Below, piece by piece: positions 1 through 13,725 of a stretch of 64,000 nt of DNA. The stretch comes from Camelus dromedarius. Its lineage: Eukaryota. The notes below the pieces were generated by a model. That model did not search any database. It saw only the letters and a list, made by a program, of their open reading frames with translations, and was not told where the DNA came from. The DNA is taken from NCBI RefSeq assembly GCF_036321535.1, contig NC_087437.1:92568001-92632000 (forward strand), in the 5' to 3' direction. How positions within the stretch are numbered: the stretch's first letter is position 1; the number at the start of each line of letters is the position of its first letter. The translations under genes were made by a program, and so were the position numbers.

Positions 1-2994
1 TCTCATTCCCTTTCTTAAGTGTTAATGATGATGATGATGATGGTGCTACTAGCTATGCATTAGCTTCCGTGAAGTAATTACCAATTATATAAGGGCAATC
101 TCTCAAATCCCCTTGAGGTCCTTGAGAACATCTGCTCCTGCTACTTGCCATTCTTCCTCTTCCAGTATTTCTACATGTACCAATTTTTCCCTCCATCCCC
201 ATCATATAGCATTAGTCAGAAAAAACAGTGGATATAATTAACATTAAAATAAATTTAGGAATAGATGACTATTGCTTTCATCCAAGCTAATTTCATCTTT
301 ATAATTAGCTAACATTTTATAACAAAATCTTGTAAGAGAATCCTAAGAATCTTGATTATTTTCATTCTGCCTGGTCCCCATGCCAAGAACTGTTAACTTT
401 AGTAATATTCCTTACTTACTTTTTAATATATTATTTATATTTTTGGTCTAACTGAAAGCTCAACTATTAATTTAAATTTTTTAATTACTCATTTTTTTGT
501 TTGTTTTTGATTTTGAGTAGTGTAAAAATGTAGTAAAGATTTTTTTTTCCTAAGCTGAAAAGCATGTAACACATGGCAGAAAGAATTCCAACAAATATGG
601 TTAACATTTTGAAATACTGGTATTTAAAGTGGTAAGATTCGGGATTTAGAAATTATCAGTGTATAATACCTTAGCCCCCGGTGGCATCAGGTCAGTGAGA
701 CAGTAATTATATGTTAGTATGTGTGACCTATTATTCTTTACAAATATCATACAATCTAATGACTTAGATGGCAACAGAATTCCCTATACCTTTACAAATC
801 CATTTTAGTTATTTTAATTTCTGAAAAAGTACATTTTTTATAATTACATTATGATGTTTAGCACAAAGTAAATTAATTTATTTTATCCATATGCCACAAA
901 AGGTCAAATTCCACCTGTTCATGTTCTCTATTTTCTGAAATGAATAGTATTTAGGTTTCCAAAAGAAATACAGATGTTGACAGCCTCTGGGAAACGTAAG
1001 CTTTTGTTTTTACAACAATTCTTAGATATCTATTCAATGGATTATGGCATGAACCTGGCAGCACATGAGTTCACTTTTTGGTCAGTATTGGCACCTTAGT
1101 AGTGGATGTAATAAATGGCATATAAACGTTTTATTCATTATGATGTGCTCATTGTTTTAATGAAAAGAATAAGAGAGTAAGTAAAAATGATGTTCCATAA
1201 CAAAATGCTGCTCCCAATAATGCAGTTCATTATGAGCTCACTAGCCACACTAGGTTACAACTTTGCATATGGAATTCATATTTTTTTTCAATTTGGGACA
1301 ATAGTATTTTAACAGAGGTCATGGATACAATGCCAGGGTCATGGGAATTGAGTGGCAGTATGAGGCTTTTATCTAGGAAAAGAGAAAACAATTAGTTTGT
1401 TTTTAAGATTGATGTCCCTGATTTTCATTTTACTTTGCTAGTAAAACCTGGTACACACTGGTAACTCAAAAAAATTATCAAAGTTAATTTCATATTCTGT
1501 GTCACTCCATCATGAATTTCCATCAGTGTGGATAATATGTGCACAGCAGTAGATGGGAAATTCAATACATTAATAAGAATAAGCCTATTAATAAGCCCCA
1601 AATAATTATCTCTTCATTTGTATACTGTCATACTTATCACCATATTACCTACTCCAAATATGTATATGCAATGATATCCAGTGATCTTGTGCACTATATG
1701 AGGCAAGTTATCCAATAACTACCTATTATGTGCAAAGAGATATCTCTAAAGGAGATATCATTCCTTCTGATCATCAGACTTTCAAAATATATTGTATTTT
1801 AAGGATTAGTTATTTCACAAGTAATAACAATGGAAGACATGATCCTGTCTTGAATAAATTTCTGTATTAGTGGAGAAAACAGATAAAGGCAAATTAACTC
1901 ATGTTAGTATCTTTATATACAACACAATCCAAAGTTATTTATTCATATCACTATTAAATTTCTAGAATGATCCAGATAATGGGACCCAATGAGGTAAGTA
2001 GGGAAGTTTCAGGTAATTGTGATTCTTGACTAAGTTTGGTTGTAGAGAAAAAACACAATATGTTCATTGCTTCAAAATCCCCAGGCAACAAACTTTACTC
2101 ATTTTTAATAAGATTGTATTTATTAAGCATCATTCATGAAACATATCTTTTTCCATATAACGGAGGACTTCTGGTTTCTGGTCCAGCATGTTAGAAACTT
2201 GGAAGTCCCACTCAGTCCTAACAACAAGTAAAAAGCCAAACAAATAGATATAGCAACAGCTCTTCTTAGATTTGTAAGAGAAGTGAGGTCACAAGGCAAA
2301 GCACTGCTCCCCAAATTGGAGAGACCAATAGGCAAATACAGAAAATTAACTTAAAAGAGCAGAAACCCATGAGAAAAAAATTTTTTGCAGGAACCATTGC
2401 CAGGTACATCAGGTCTGGCTATCAAGACAAAATTCAAGACATGTTAAAAGGCAAAAACACAGTTTGAAGAGACAGAGCAAGCATCAGAACAAGATTCAGA
2501 TGTGAAATGGATATTGGGATTCTCAGACTAAAAATTTAAAGCAACTATGATTTACTTAGACCTCTTAGTGATCAAGTAGACAGCATGCAATAACTGATGG
2601 TCAATGTAAGAAGAGAAATGGGAATCCCAACAAAGAACCAAAAAAAAAAAAAAAATGCTAGAGATCAAAAACACTGTAACAGAAATTTTAAAATGCCTTT
2701 TATGGGCTTATTAGTAAACTGGAAGTGGCTGATAAAAGAATCTCTGAGCTTAAATATACCTTAATAAAAAATGCAAAAATGAAAAGAAAAAAGAAAAATA
2801 GACTAGAAAACAAAGCAGAATATCCAAGAATTGTGGGACAATTACAAAATACACATAATGAGAATATCAGGAGAAAAAAGACAGAAGCTGGAAAAATTTG
2901 AAATAATAATCACTGATAATTTCCCTAAATTAATGTCAGTCACCACACCAGAGATCTAGGAAGCTTGGAAAACAAAGCAGGATAAATGACTACT

Positions 2995-3095
2995 GCCTTC
3001 ATAAAGATTTTTCTACATATATATCAGCATATCATCTTAAAAAACCCGTAATTTTATTTGTCAATTATACCATAATACAGTTGGAATTTTTTAAA
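2995..3095 (+). mobile_element. L1 3'-terminal fragment (L1MA9/10-like) inside the inserted patch
   Basis: aattttatttgtcaattataccataatacagttggaa resembles the L1MA terminal motif before the tail. Confidence 0.55.
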
Positions 3096-3133
3096 AGCCA
3101 GGCTTCAGTGTCAACAGGAAATGTTCATTTGTC

Positions 3134-3205
3134 ATACACCCACACACACATACATATATACACATACATACACATACACACATACACACACACATATATA
3201 CATAT
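3134..3205. repeat. (CA)/(CATA) compound microsatellite
   Basis: Directly visible. Confidence 0.95.
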
Positions 3206-3254
3206 GCAATTGTATACTTAAGGAGAGCAGTGTGGTGCAGTGGGAAAATCAGGG

Positions 3255-3610
3255 TTTTTTTTTAACTCAGGAATAATTGGCACAAAATTTTATATTAGTT
3301 CCAGGTGTACAACATAATGATTCAATATTGGTATATATTGAGAAATGTAAGTCTAGTTAAAATCCACAATAGGTCTAGTTAACACAATATCCATAATAGA
3401 CTTAACCACAATAAGTCTAGTTAATGTCATTCACCATACATATTAACAGAATTATTCTTTTCCTTGTGATGAGGAACCTCAAGATCCACTGTCTTAGCAA
3501 CTTTCAAGTATACAATACAATATTATTAAGTATAGTCACCATGCTGTACATTACAACCCATGACTTACTTATTTTATACCTGGCAGCTTGTACCATTGAC
3601 TCCCTTCACT
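3255..3610 (-). mobile_element. 5'-truncated L1 3'UTR (L1MA9-like), antisense
   Basis: T9 tail at 3255-3263, then ggtgtacaacataatgattc...cttagcaactttcaagtatacaatacaatattattaagtatagtcaccatgctgtacatta. Confidence 0.85.
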
Positions 3611-4459
3611 CACAATAGGCATATCATTTTGAAACTACATAAAATCAAAGCCAAATTAAAAAATCTTGAAAAAAAATTGAGTGGTTAAAAAACACCTTAC
3701 CTAGAAAAGAGAATACATAGGAATTATATCTGAACCTCAGAAACCATGCAGATAAGCAGAGACTGCAGTGAATTTTTTTTTCAGTGTTAAGTGAGAAAAA
3801 AAATATTAACCTAGAATTCTGTATCCTATAAAATTATCCTTTGAAAATGAAGGACAAATACAGACTTTCTCAGATAGACAAAAATTGAGAGCATTTGTTG
3901 CTTGTAGACCTGCCTTGAAAGAAATGTTAATAGAAATTCTTTAGAGAGAAGGAAAATCATATAGGTCAGAAACTCAGACCTACACAAAGGGAGAACATTG
4001 GAGAAGAAACAAGCAAAAGTAAAATAAAAGCTTTATTTTTCTTATTCTTGAGTAATCTACCAGATAATTTGCTCAAAATAATAATAGTAGTAATCTATTC
4101 AGTTATGTATGCTTATGTACATGTACGCACATGCATAAAGAAAATGAGTGACAGCAATAATACAAGGAAAAGAAGGGTAGATTTAGGTATTTTTAAATTT
4201 TTTATTATGATGTATTCACACCACCCATTAAGTGATACTGGGTTATTTGAAGGTAGACTTGGATTACTTGTAAATGTATATTGAAAACTCTAGGGTAATG
4301 ACTAAAAAACAGTAAATAATTATAATTGGTATTCTAAGAGAGGAGACAAAATAAAATCGTATAAAATGCTCAGAGCAGCAAAAGGCAAAAAAAAAAAAAA
4401 GAATGGAAGACAAATATAGGAACAAAGGACAGGGGCAACAAAGAGAAAAAGTAACAATT

Positions 4460-7400
4460 ATGATAGATATTAATCTACCTATATCAATTGAACATCAATG
4501 ATCTAAATGCACCAACTAAAAAGACAAATAGTCAGAGTGGATCAAAAATCAAGACCAAGCTATATGTTTTCTACAGGAAACCCACTTTAAATATATAAAC
4601 ACATACAAATTAAAAGTAAATGGATAGAAAAAAGACAAACTATGCTAACACTAATCAACAGAAAGTGGGAGTAGCTATATAAATTATAGGCAGAGTAGAC
4701 TTCAAAACAAGGAGAGCTATGAGGGATAAAAAGGCAGTACATAATTAGAGAGGATTAATTCTCCAGAAAGATGTTAAAATCCTTATGTGTATGTGCCCAA
4801 CAATAGAGCCTCAAACTATGTGAAGCAAAAACTAATCGAATTGCAAAAACAAATAGATAAATTCACTATCATGGTTGGAGGCTTCAATGCCTGTCTCTTA
4901 GATATGGACAGATCCAGCAGGCAAAAATTTAATCAGTTCATAGTTTAACTCTATAACACCATCAATCAACTGGATAAAATGGGCATCTATGGACTATTTT
5001 GTCCAAGAACAGCAGAATACACATTCTTCTCAAGCTCACATTGAACACTCTCCAAGACAGACCATATTCTAAGCCATAAAACACGGCTTAACAAATTTAA
5101 AAAAATAGAAGTCATACAATATGTGTTCTTAGACCAAAATGGAATTAAAGTAGAAATCAATAACAGAAAGATAGCTGGAAAAATCTCCAAATATGTAAAG
5201 ATTAAACAACATAATTTAAAGTAAAGCATGGATCAAAAAGGAAATCTCAAGAGAAATTTTAAAATATTTTAAATTAAATGAAAATGAAAACACAATTTAC
5301 CATAATTTATGGGATGCAGTGAAAACAATGCATAGAGGGATGTTTATAGTATTGAATGTATATATCAGAAAAGAAGAAAATTTTAAAATCAATAATGTAA
5401 GCATCCACCTTAAAAGCTAGAAAAAGAGCAAATTAAATCCAAAGAGAGCAAATAAAGGAAATAATTAAGAAATTGATTTCTGCTCTAATGAAACTGAAAA
5501 CAAAATCAGTTGAAAAAAAAACCAATGAAATCAAGAGCTGGTTCTATGAAAAGATCAGTAAAACCAATAAGCCCTCATATAGGCTAAACAAAGTAAGAAA
5601 GAGGACAAACATTGCTAATATCAGACATGAAAGACAGGACATCACCACAGATCTCATGGACAGGAAAAGGATAATAAAGATACTCTGTGAACAATTTTAT
5701 GCCCACAAATTTCATAACCTAGATGAAACAGAAAATTCCTTGAAAGACACAATCTGCCAAAACTTGCACAAGAATAATCTGAAGAGGCCTATATCTACTG
5801 ACAAAATTAATTCAATAATTAAAAACCTTCCAAAACAAAAAACACCAGATTCAAGTAGGTTCACTAGTGAATTCTACCAAATACTTAAGAAAAAATTATA
5901 CCAATTCTCTACAATCTTTTTCAGACAACAGAATCAGAGATTACTTCCTCATTCATTCTATGAAGCCAGCATTACCCTAACAACAAAACCAAAGACATTA
6001 CAAAAAAATAAATAAAAAACAAAAACAAAACTACAGATCAATTATCTCTCATGAACAAAGATTTAAAATCCTCAGCAAAATATTATAAAACTGAACCCAA
6101 CAATGTATAAAAATAATTATACACCATTATCAAGTGAGATTTATCCCTGGTATGCAAAGCTGAGTCAATATTTAAGTAATCAATTAGTGTAATGCATCAC
6201 AATAGGTCAAAGAAGAAAAATTACATAATTGTATTAACAGATACAGAAAAAGCACTTGGCAAAATCCAACACCCATTCAGGATAACAACTCTCAATAAAC
6301 TAGGGAACCTTCTCTATGTGATAAATAGCTAGAAAAACCTGCAGCTGACATCATCCTTAAATGTTGAGAAACTAAAAGCTTTCCCACTAAGCTCAGGAAC
6401 AATGCACGGATATCCCCTTTCACTGCCACTTTTTAATAACACATTGGAAGTACTAGTGAATGCAGTAAGACAAGAAAAGAAAATGAAAGGTAAACACATT
6501 GGGAAGGGATAAATAAAATTATCTTTGTTTGCAGTTGATATTATTGTCTACGTAGAAAGTAAAAAAAAAAATTATTTTAAAAACTCTGGAACTAATAAGT
6601 GATTATAGCAATGTTGCAGGATACAGTGTTAACACAGAAACATCAATTATTTTCCTATATATCAGAAATGAAAAAATTCATTTGAAATAAAAAAACCAAT
6701 ACCATTTACAGTAGCAATCCCCAAAAGAGAAATACTTAGGTATAAATCTAACAAAGCATATATGTGGTCAATATAAAGAAAACTAGAAAACTCTGATGAA
6801 AAAAGTCAAATAAGAACAATAAATGGAGAGATATTGTATGTTCATGGATAGGAAGACTCAAAATTGTCAAGGTGTAAGTTCTTAACTTGATCTATAAATT
6901 CAATGTAATTCCAATTATTTTGTGGATATCAACAAATTAATTGCAATGCTTATAGGGAGAGATAAAATATTTAGACTAGCCAATGAAATATTGAAGGAGA
7001 AGAACAAAGGTGAAGGACTGACACTCCCCAAGTTTCAGACTTACTATAAAGCTACAGTAATGAAAACAGTATAGTGTTGATGAAAGAATAAACAAATAGA
7101 CTCATGGAACAGAATAGAGAGCCCAGAAATAGATCCACATGTAGTCAATTGATCTTTGACCAAGGAGCAAAGACAATACAACGGAACAAAGACAGTCTTT
7201 TCAACAAAGGGTATTATAATAACTGGACACCCACATGCAAAATAAATAAATAAATAAATCTAGACACAGACTGTACAACCTTCATAAAAATTAATTCAAA
7301 ATGAATCAAAGACTTAAAATGTAAAAAGCAAAACTATAAAACTCCTACAAAATAACATAGGTGAAAATCAAGATGACTTTGGGTATAGTGATAGCTTTTT

Positions 7401-8170
7401 AGATATCAACATCAAAGCCAAAATACATAAAAGAAATAATGGATAAGCTGGATTTCTTTAAAATTAGAAATTTCTTCCCTGTGAGAGACACTATCAAGAG
7501 AATGAAAAGATAAACCACAATCTGGGAGAAAATATTTGCAAAGACACATCTGTTAAAGATTGGTATCCAAATACACACACAAAAACTCTTTAAACTCAAC
7601 AATAACAAATAATCTGATTGAAAAATGGGCCAAGAACTTAATAGACACCTCACCAAAGAAGATATACAGATGGCAAATAATCACATGAAAAGATGCTCCA
7701 CATCACATGTCATCAGGGAAATGCAAATTAAAACAACAAGATTCCACTACACACCTATTGGAATGGCCAAAATCAACAACCCTGACAACACCAAATGCTG
7801 ATGAGGACGTGGAGCAGCAGAAACTCTCATTCATTGCTGGTGGGAATATCAAATGATACAGGCATTTTGAAATGTAGTTTGGTGGTTTTATATAAAACTA
7901 AATATACTCTTACCATATGATCCAGCAATCACATTATTTGATGTTTAACCAAGACATGTGAAATCTTACATTCACATCAAAACCTGAACATAGATGTTTA
8001 CAGCAGTTTTATTCATAATTGCCAAAACTTAGAAGCAATCAAGCTGTCCTTCAGTAGGTGAGTAAATAAACAAAGTATGGTACTTCCAAACAATGGAATA
8101 TTATTTGGTGTTAAAAAGAAATTGTCCATCAAGCCACAAAAAGACATAGAGAAAACTTAAATGCATATTA
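4460..8170 (+). pseudogene. L1 ORF2 (endonuclease/reverse transcriptase) remnant, many stops and frameshifts
   Basis: ORF 5473..6015 reads KSWFYEKISKTNKP...FTSEFYQ...LPHSFYEASITL. The RT catalytic FADD motif reads FAVD at 6528-6539. Confidence 0.92.
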
Positions 8171-8819
8171 CTAAGTAAAAGAAGCTAATCTGAAAAATCT
8201 GCACACTGTATAATTACAATTATATGACATTCTGTAAAAGGCAAAACTATGAAGACAGTAAAAATATCAGTGATTGCCAGAGATTAGGGGGGAGGAAGGA
8301 ATGAATAGACGGAGCAGGAGGATTTCTAAGGCAATGAAAGTTTTCTGTATGATACTATAATGGTGGATACATGTTATTATGAATACAAATTAACCCACAG
8401 AATGTAACACATTAAGAGTGAACTTCAATATAAACTATGGAATTTGAGTAATAAATAATGTGTCAATGCAGGTTTATTGAATATAGCAAATGTACCATTC
8501 TGGTGGGGGATGCTCATAATGGAGGAGAGCACGCGTGTCTGAGAGGCAGGCTCATGGGAAATCTCCGTGCCTTCTGCTCAATTTTGCTGTGATCCCAAAA
8601 CTGCTCTAAAAAATAGTCTACTAAAAAAAAAAAAAAAAAAAAAAAAAAGTAAGAGATGATATTTGTATTAAAAAAAGAAATAGTTTTATATAATCCATAA
8701 TAGAATGAAACTTATTTACATATAAGGGGAGTAAATTCAAAATAATACTACTGTTTTGAAGATACAGTTCAAGTCAATTCATATTAATATTTGTCTTTGT
8801 ATATCTTTACATTTTATAA

Positions 8820-8970
8820 TTATTTTTCTCACAATCATACTCAGAATAGTTTTTTGAGTTAATTTATTATTTCTCTATTTAATAGATAGCTAACGAATAG
8901 TGAAGCTCGGAGTATTCAAACGAAACGAGAAATTGGAATAGTCTGAATTTAAATTTTCTGATTTCTGATT
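8820..8970 (-). mobile_element. Possible highly decayed MIR SINE
   Basis: Weak resemblance to the antisense MIR core (ttattatttctctatttaatagat...gtgaagctcggag). Confidence 0.3.
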
Positions 8971-9809
8971 TTGTTGTATTTCTGCATATACCCTTGACCA
9001 TGAGAGGAGTCTGGAAATACCTCTCATTTGATTGAGCAATTAAATGAACTCTTATAAACCAGAGGGCCCAATGGAAATCTATTAGTACACATAATTAGTC
9101 AAGCAGCCAAATAGCTTTATTCTCTCTTGGGGGTCCCTTATTCTGTTTGATTGTTTCAAATTCTGCTGATATGTTATTATATGCCATTTTATATGGTCCC
9201 TTTGTTTCTGTCTCAGTTTTTTGTTAGATGATTGAAGCTAGCTGACAAGATTAGGCATAACCAAGAGGGTTGTGCTATGAGTTTTTACCTTAAAAAAAAG
9301 TATCCTTTTCTTGTTAATGAAAAAAAATTCTTTGAAATATACTCTTGCTGAAATGCATAGTTGATCTAGTATGCACATCAGTTTCTATGTGACATCATGA
9401 TACTCAGGTGAGAAAAAAATATTCTAAGACTGTTGCTCATAAATATAAATACCTCACTGCTACTGCAATGGAGTGTCATTCTTTTCCTACCACCACTCAC
9501 CGTCAGAAGGAATTAGCAGACCTAAGCCCACAATGTTAAAATGCATTTTGTCTTAGAATCAGCATGAACCTGGCATTATGTACTTGAAAGACATAATGTG
9601 TTGTGTTTGGGAGGAGTCAGGAAAGAGTAATGAGTTATAGCTGATCATGTTTTCTATTTAATCACATGTTAAAAGAGAACCTTGATTGCTGGTTTTGAGC
9701 TTCACATACTAGGGAACAAGACCTTGGCAGAAGCTGGGAGCATACGTGAAATTCTACCAAACCTACTCTGGCTTATGTTAGTGCATTTATTTGTAATTCA
9801 CACTTCATC

Positions 9810-9903
9810 ACAAACTAAGCAAACCAGGAGAAGTTCTAGACAAAAGAACACAGCAAGTGTTCACTGGATTGTCCCGGGCAAACTAGGACATGTGGTTCAT
9901 TCT
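9810..9903 (-). mobile_element. hAT-Blackjack MITE remnant (MER94/MER81-like)
   Basis: Terminal motif ggattgtcccgggcaaactaggacatgtggt resembles ggactgtcccgggcaaaccgggacatatggtcaccct. Confidence 0.5.
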
Positions 9904-10932
9904 GACCATAAAACACTTTTGGCAAGGCAAGACTCAGAAAGAAATGGTTACATGGTGTACCTAGAGTAGCCGACTACTAGGGTTCCAGTCTTGTCATATA
10001 ATCCTGGAGACCATGCTGGGCATGGAGGCTAGGAGTCTATTTATTTGATCACTATCTCACTCTAAAAATGATTTGTGACAGTTTAAAGAAACATACTTTT
10101 ATATAATTAGAAAATTATACAATATAAATAATCTATTTTTCCAATAAAAGACAAAGCACTCTGGATGAGGAAAGCATACTGGATGGGCTTTTCTTTCTCT
10201 GAAATGCTTTATAAAGTTTGGTTGATGACTACTGAGAATATTTCTGCACAAGCAAATTCTTAATTTAGCTGTATTGCTGCATATATGAGTTTCCCCCGAA
10301 ATAGAATCGGTAGTCAATTTTAAGTGTCACATCTTCACCGAGTTCTGGCTAATAGAAATCTATCACACCTCATGCATTGCTTAAATTAAAAAAGATGACT
10401 TTTCAACATGTTCATGCCTTTTATATATTTATTCACTCATACCGTGCCTCGTTCCATAAAGTATCTGAGGCAACCACATGCACGTACATAATTTTTATAG
10501 TATTAGTATATTATCAGGTTCATGGAGCAGGTTGGACGGCACTAAAATCATGCTTATTTCTTTAATTTCTTATGCAAGTAGAATAACAGAGATGATAGTT
10601 ATTCATTCAGAACTGGAATTGAGATTGGAAGACAAATTATGGAATCTGACCCATTTATCAGGACCCTCATTTCTTTATTGAGTATGTACTATATTTAATA
10701 ACACAGAGTTTAAAATATATTCAATTTTATGCATTCTCTAAAAGCATTTCCAAACTGTTTTTTTTTTTTAATGTAGTAATCAGAAAATAGAACTGGTGAG
10801 CCAGGGTAAACATAGATTTAATAATTTAGATTAATTCTTGATCTATTAAAAATGAGATAGAACACATGTCACCTTTAGGTTGACCATCTCTTTAAGCCTC
10901 ATGAGAGAACCAGTCTTTTTATATCATAGGAT

Positions 10933-11338
10933 TGTTATGGGTTGAACTTTGTCCCCCCCAAAAAAGGGATGTTGAAATTTTAATTTCCAATACCTTAGAA
11001 TGTGACCTTATTTGGAAATAGGGTCATTGCAAATGTAATTAGTCAAGATGAAATCACACAGGAGTAGAGTCCGCACTTAATCCAATATGGCTGATGTCCT
11101 TGCAAGAAGAAGCAGAGGCACACAGAAAGAAGATGGCCATGTAAAGATAGAGGCAGAGATTTGAATTATCCAAGGCCAAGGAATGCCTAGGGCTACCAGG
11201 AGCTGGAAGAGACAAGATTAAGATCCTCCCCTAGAGGCTTCCAATGGGGCCTGACCCTGCCAATACCTTGACTTCTATACTGTGATAGAATCCATTTCTG
11301 TGTGGTACTTTGTTATAGCAGCCCTAGGGAACTGCATA
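10933..11338 (+). mobile_element. MaLR solo LTR (MLT1B/C-like)
   Basis: Starts tgttatgggttgaac; contains gaatgtgaccttatttggaaatagggtc; ends tttgttatagcagccctaggga; TSD aggat/gggat. Confidence 0.9.
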
Positions 11339-12482
11339 GGGATAAAGAACTTTAAAAATAAAAAATAAGCAATTTACGAATGACAAACACATTTTTAATT
11401 TAATTTTAAATGACAATTTTTATGTCTTTTATTTTTATTTTTATTAGGAATTTATAATCTCAAAAACTTTCCATTCTTGACATTTCAGGATGATGAGAGT
11501 AGAATTACATAGAATTACACCTTCGGGGAAAGAGGTTATTTAGTATGTTCAGTTGAATTTACCTCATGTTTTTATAGACTGTTTTTCCTTCATGAATGTA
11601 TCCATTTTCAACATTTTCAGTCAACCACAGACGTCACATCTGTATTAGGGATTACCCCCTGTATTCAGTTGTGTTGCATAACTTCTATTTCTCAATATTC
11701 TTTGCTTCCATTCTAATAATTACATACAAGAGAACACAAACAATTTTAAGAAATTTCCCTCTTGAGAAACCTTCTCCTAAAATTCATATGCCTTATTTTG
11801 TGGAGGTTTGTATTTTATGTATCTACAAATATTTAACAGAAATGTATACCTATGTATAAACAGTCAATAATATAATCATTTAACATTAGATTTGACCAAA
11901 GTTCTATTATTAAAAACTTAAAATTGTGTCACATATATCTCTGTCTGAATTTATCTTTGATGTAATCTGTAGATTAAAATTTGCACAACATTTGCCCAAG
12001 ATCTAAGTGAGCGCCATTCAATTATTATTTCTTTCATTTAATTAAGTGGACATGCAGCCCTTGAAGGGTGAGAGGGATGTGTGAGCATCCAAAATCCAGG
12101 CTCTAATTAAATAAACTAACAGTAGAGTGGTTGAAATGCACCTGAGACATGTGTGGGCTTGGACAGAAAACTCTTTTTTTTTTAAACAATTACAGAATTA
12201 ATTTCTAACCAAACAATAGACATCTGGCCACCATGAACGAAAGTTTCAAGGAGTTACAGAAATAAAGAAGTGATCAGTATTGAATCTTGGCTATAGACTT
12301 TCTTGAAAGAAGTACCAGATGCATGCAGAAAAAACATCGATGCCTTCAGTTGTGATTACTCTCAGAATTATTCCAAATTTAGGTCATTTTTTCCTATCCC
12401 TTTAAAGCAATAAAAGAAGAATGAGCTCCAGAGCTTGCCTTACATGCATAGGGTATTCTTTGCTGAGAAAAATATCACCTTG

Positions 12483-12971
12483 TACGGTAGGTGGTATAAT
12501 GCACCCCACCCAACACCAGACATCACCAGGAACCTATGAATACATTACCTTAAGTGCAAAAGGACTTCACAGAAATGATTAGGTTAAAGACTTGGGATAG
12601 AGCGATTATTCTGAATTATTCAGATATATCCTTATAAATGAATACTTTAAATCAGTAAACCTTTCAAGGGCATGGCTATAGAGAAGGAGATGTGACTACA
12701 GTAGGATGGCCAGAGATATGCAATATTGTTGGCTTTGAAGTTGGAGGAAGGGGACCATGAGACAAGGAATGCAGGTGGCCTCTAGAAGCTGAAAAAGGCA
12801 AGGTAACAATTTTTCCTCCAAGTCTACAGGAAGCCAGCTGACACCTTGATTTTAGCTTATTGAGACTCAGGTCAGACTTCCCTACCTGAAGAACTATAAG
12901 ATCATAAATTTACATTGTTTTGTCACTGAGTTTATAATCATTTGTTATGGATGTCATAGAAAATTAATACA
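12483..12971 (+). mobile_element. MaLR solo LTR (MLT1D-like)
   Basis: ggctttgaagttggaggaaggggaccatgagacaaggaatgcaggtggcctctagaagctg; ends aattaataca; perfect 5-bp TSD ccttg (12478-12482, 12972-12976). Confidence 0.92.
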
Positions 12972-13725
12972 CCTTGATTGATACATTATTTTTAAATACC
13001 TAATCATTCTTTAGAGCATACATAAACTTCAGTTAATTATTATCTATTTTGCTGAAGGTATGGTCATAGCAACTACTATGTGCTTTATGAAAATACCATT
13101 TTGAGTCCATTCTACAAACACTAGTAGGATATAAAAACATTTGGCTTCTTATAAATTACACACATGACATTTAATTATAGTTGCAAAGGCTGCTGGGACC
13201 TAATCACGTAAAAGCTGAGTTTCAGCCCTTTGAAAAATCCACTTTCAGTGAGATTGCAAAACTTTCTCCACTGGGATAATTTCTAAGAAATAAGTAATAG
13301 CACTCTGCTTTACTTCCTGCTTAAACTGGTATTTGGTAACACAGAACACTAAGTATCCAGCAGGGGCAGGAGTTTAAATACTTTTCCCACCATCATCCAC
13401 ACCCAGCTGTTGTTAGCTGAACTTAAACCTGCTTATATGTGAGTACACTAAGTTTTAGCATCAGCAAATCAGCTGCTGTCCTTGAAAGCAAAATATAAAT
13501 TATATTGTGTGTGGGAGGGGAACGGTCCAGAAAAGAGCACTGGATCTTGCAGATCATCTTCTCATTTCCTCATACATCCAGAGATAATCCTGATCACAGC
13601 ATAGGCATTTTACATACTACTAGGTAAGATCAAGGTAAGTTGGAAGTAAAAAGTGAACTTCTACCAAATCCATCCTAACTGATTGTAATACAACCATTAA
13701 TTGCATTTATTCAGAATTCACACAT

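Larger units (their letters stand above)
2160..8648 (+). mobile_element. Near full-length ancient LINE-1 (L1MC1-like 3' end), decayed
   Basis: Collinear short 5'UTR piece, ORF1 remnant (~2430-3960), ORF2 remnant (~4460-8170), 3'UTR ending ggaaatctccgtgccttctgctcaattttgctgtgatcccaaaactgctctaaaaaatagtcta, and A26 tail at 8623-8648. Interrupted at 2990-3610. Confidence 0.93.

Noticed and set aside
671..690. CTCF-like gccaccgggggc on the minus strand
   Set aside because: Lacks the central A and the spacing of the core motif.
1736..1747. 12-bp palindrome agagatatctct
   Set aside because: Expected by chance at this length.
5473..6015. Longest ORF in the window (180 aa)
   Set aside because: Fragment of decayed L1 ORF2, not a host gene.
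1047..9575. Exact 14-mer gcatgaacctggca at 1047-1060 and 9562-9575 on either side of the L1
   Set aside because: Several 14-mer pairs are expected by chance in 64 kb, and both are too far from the L1 ends to be a TSD.
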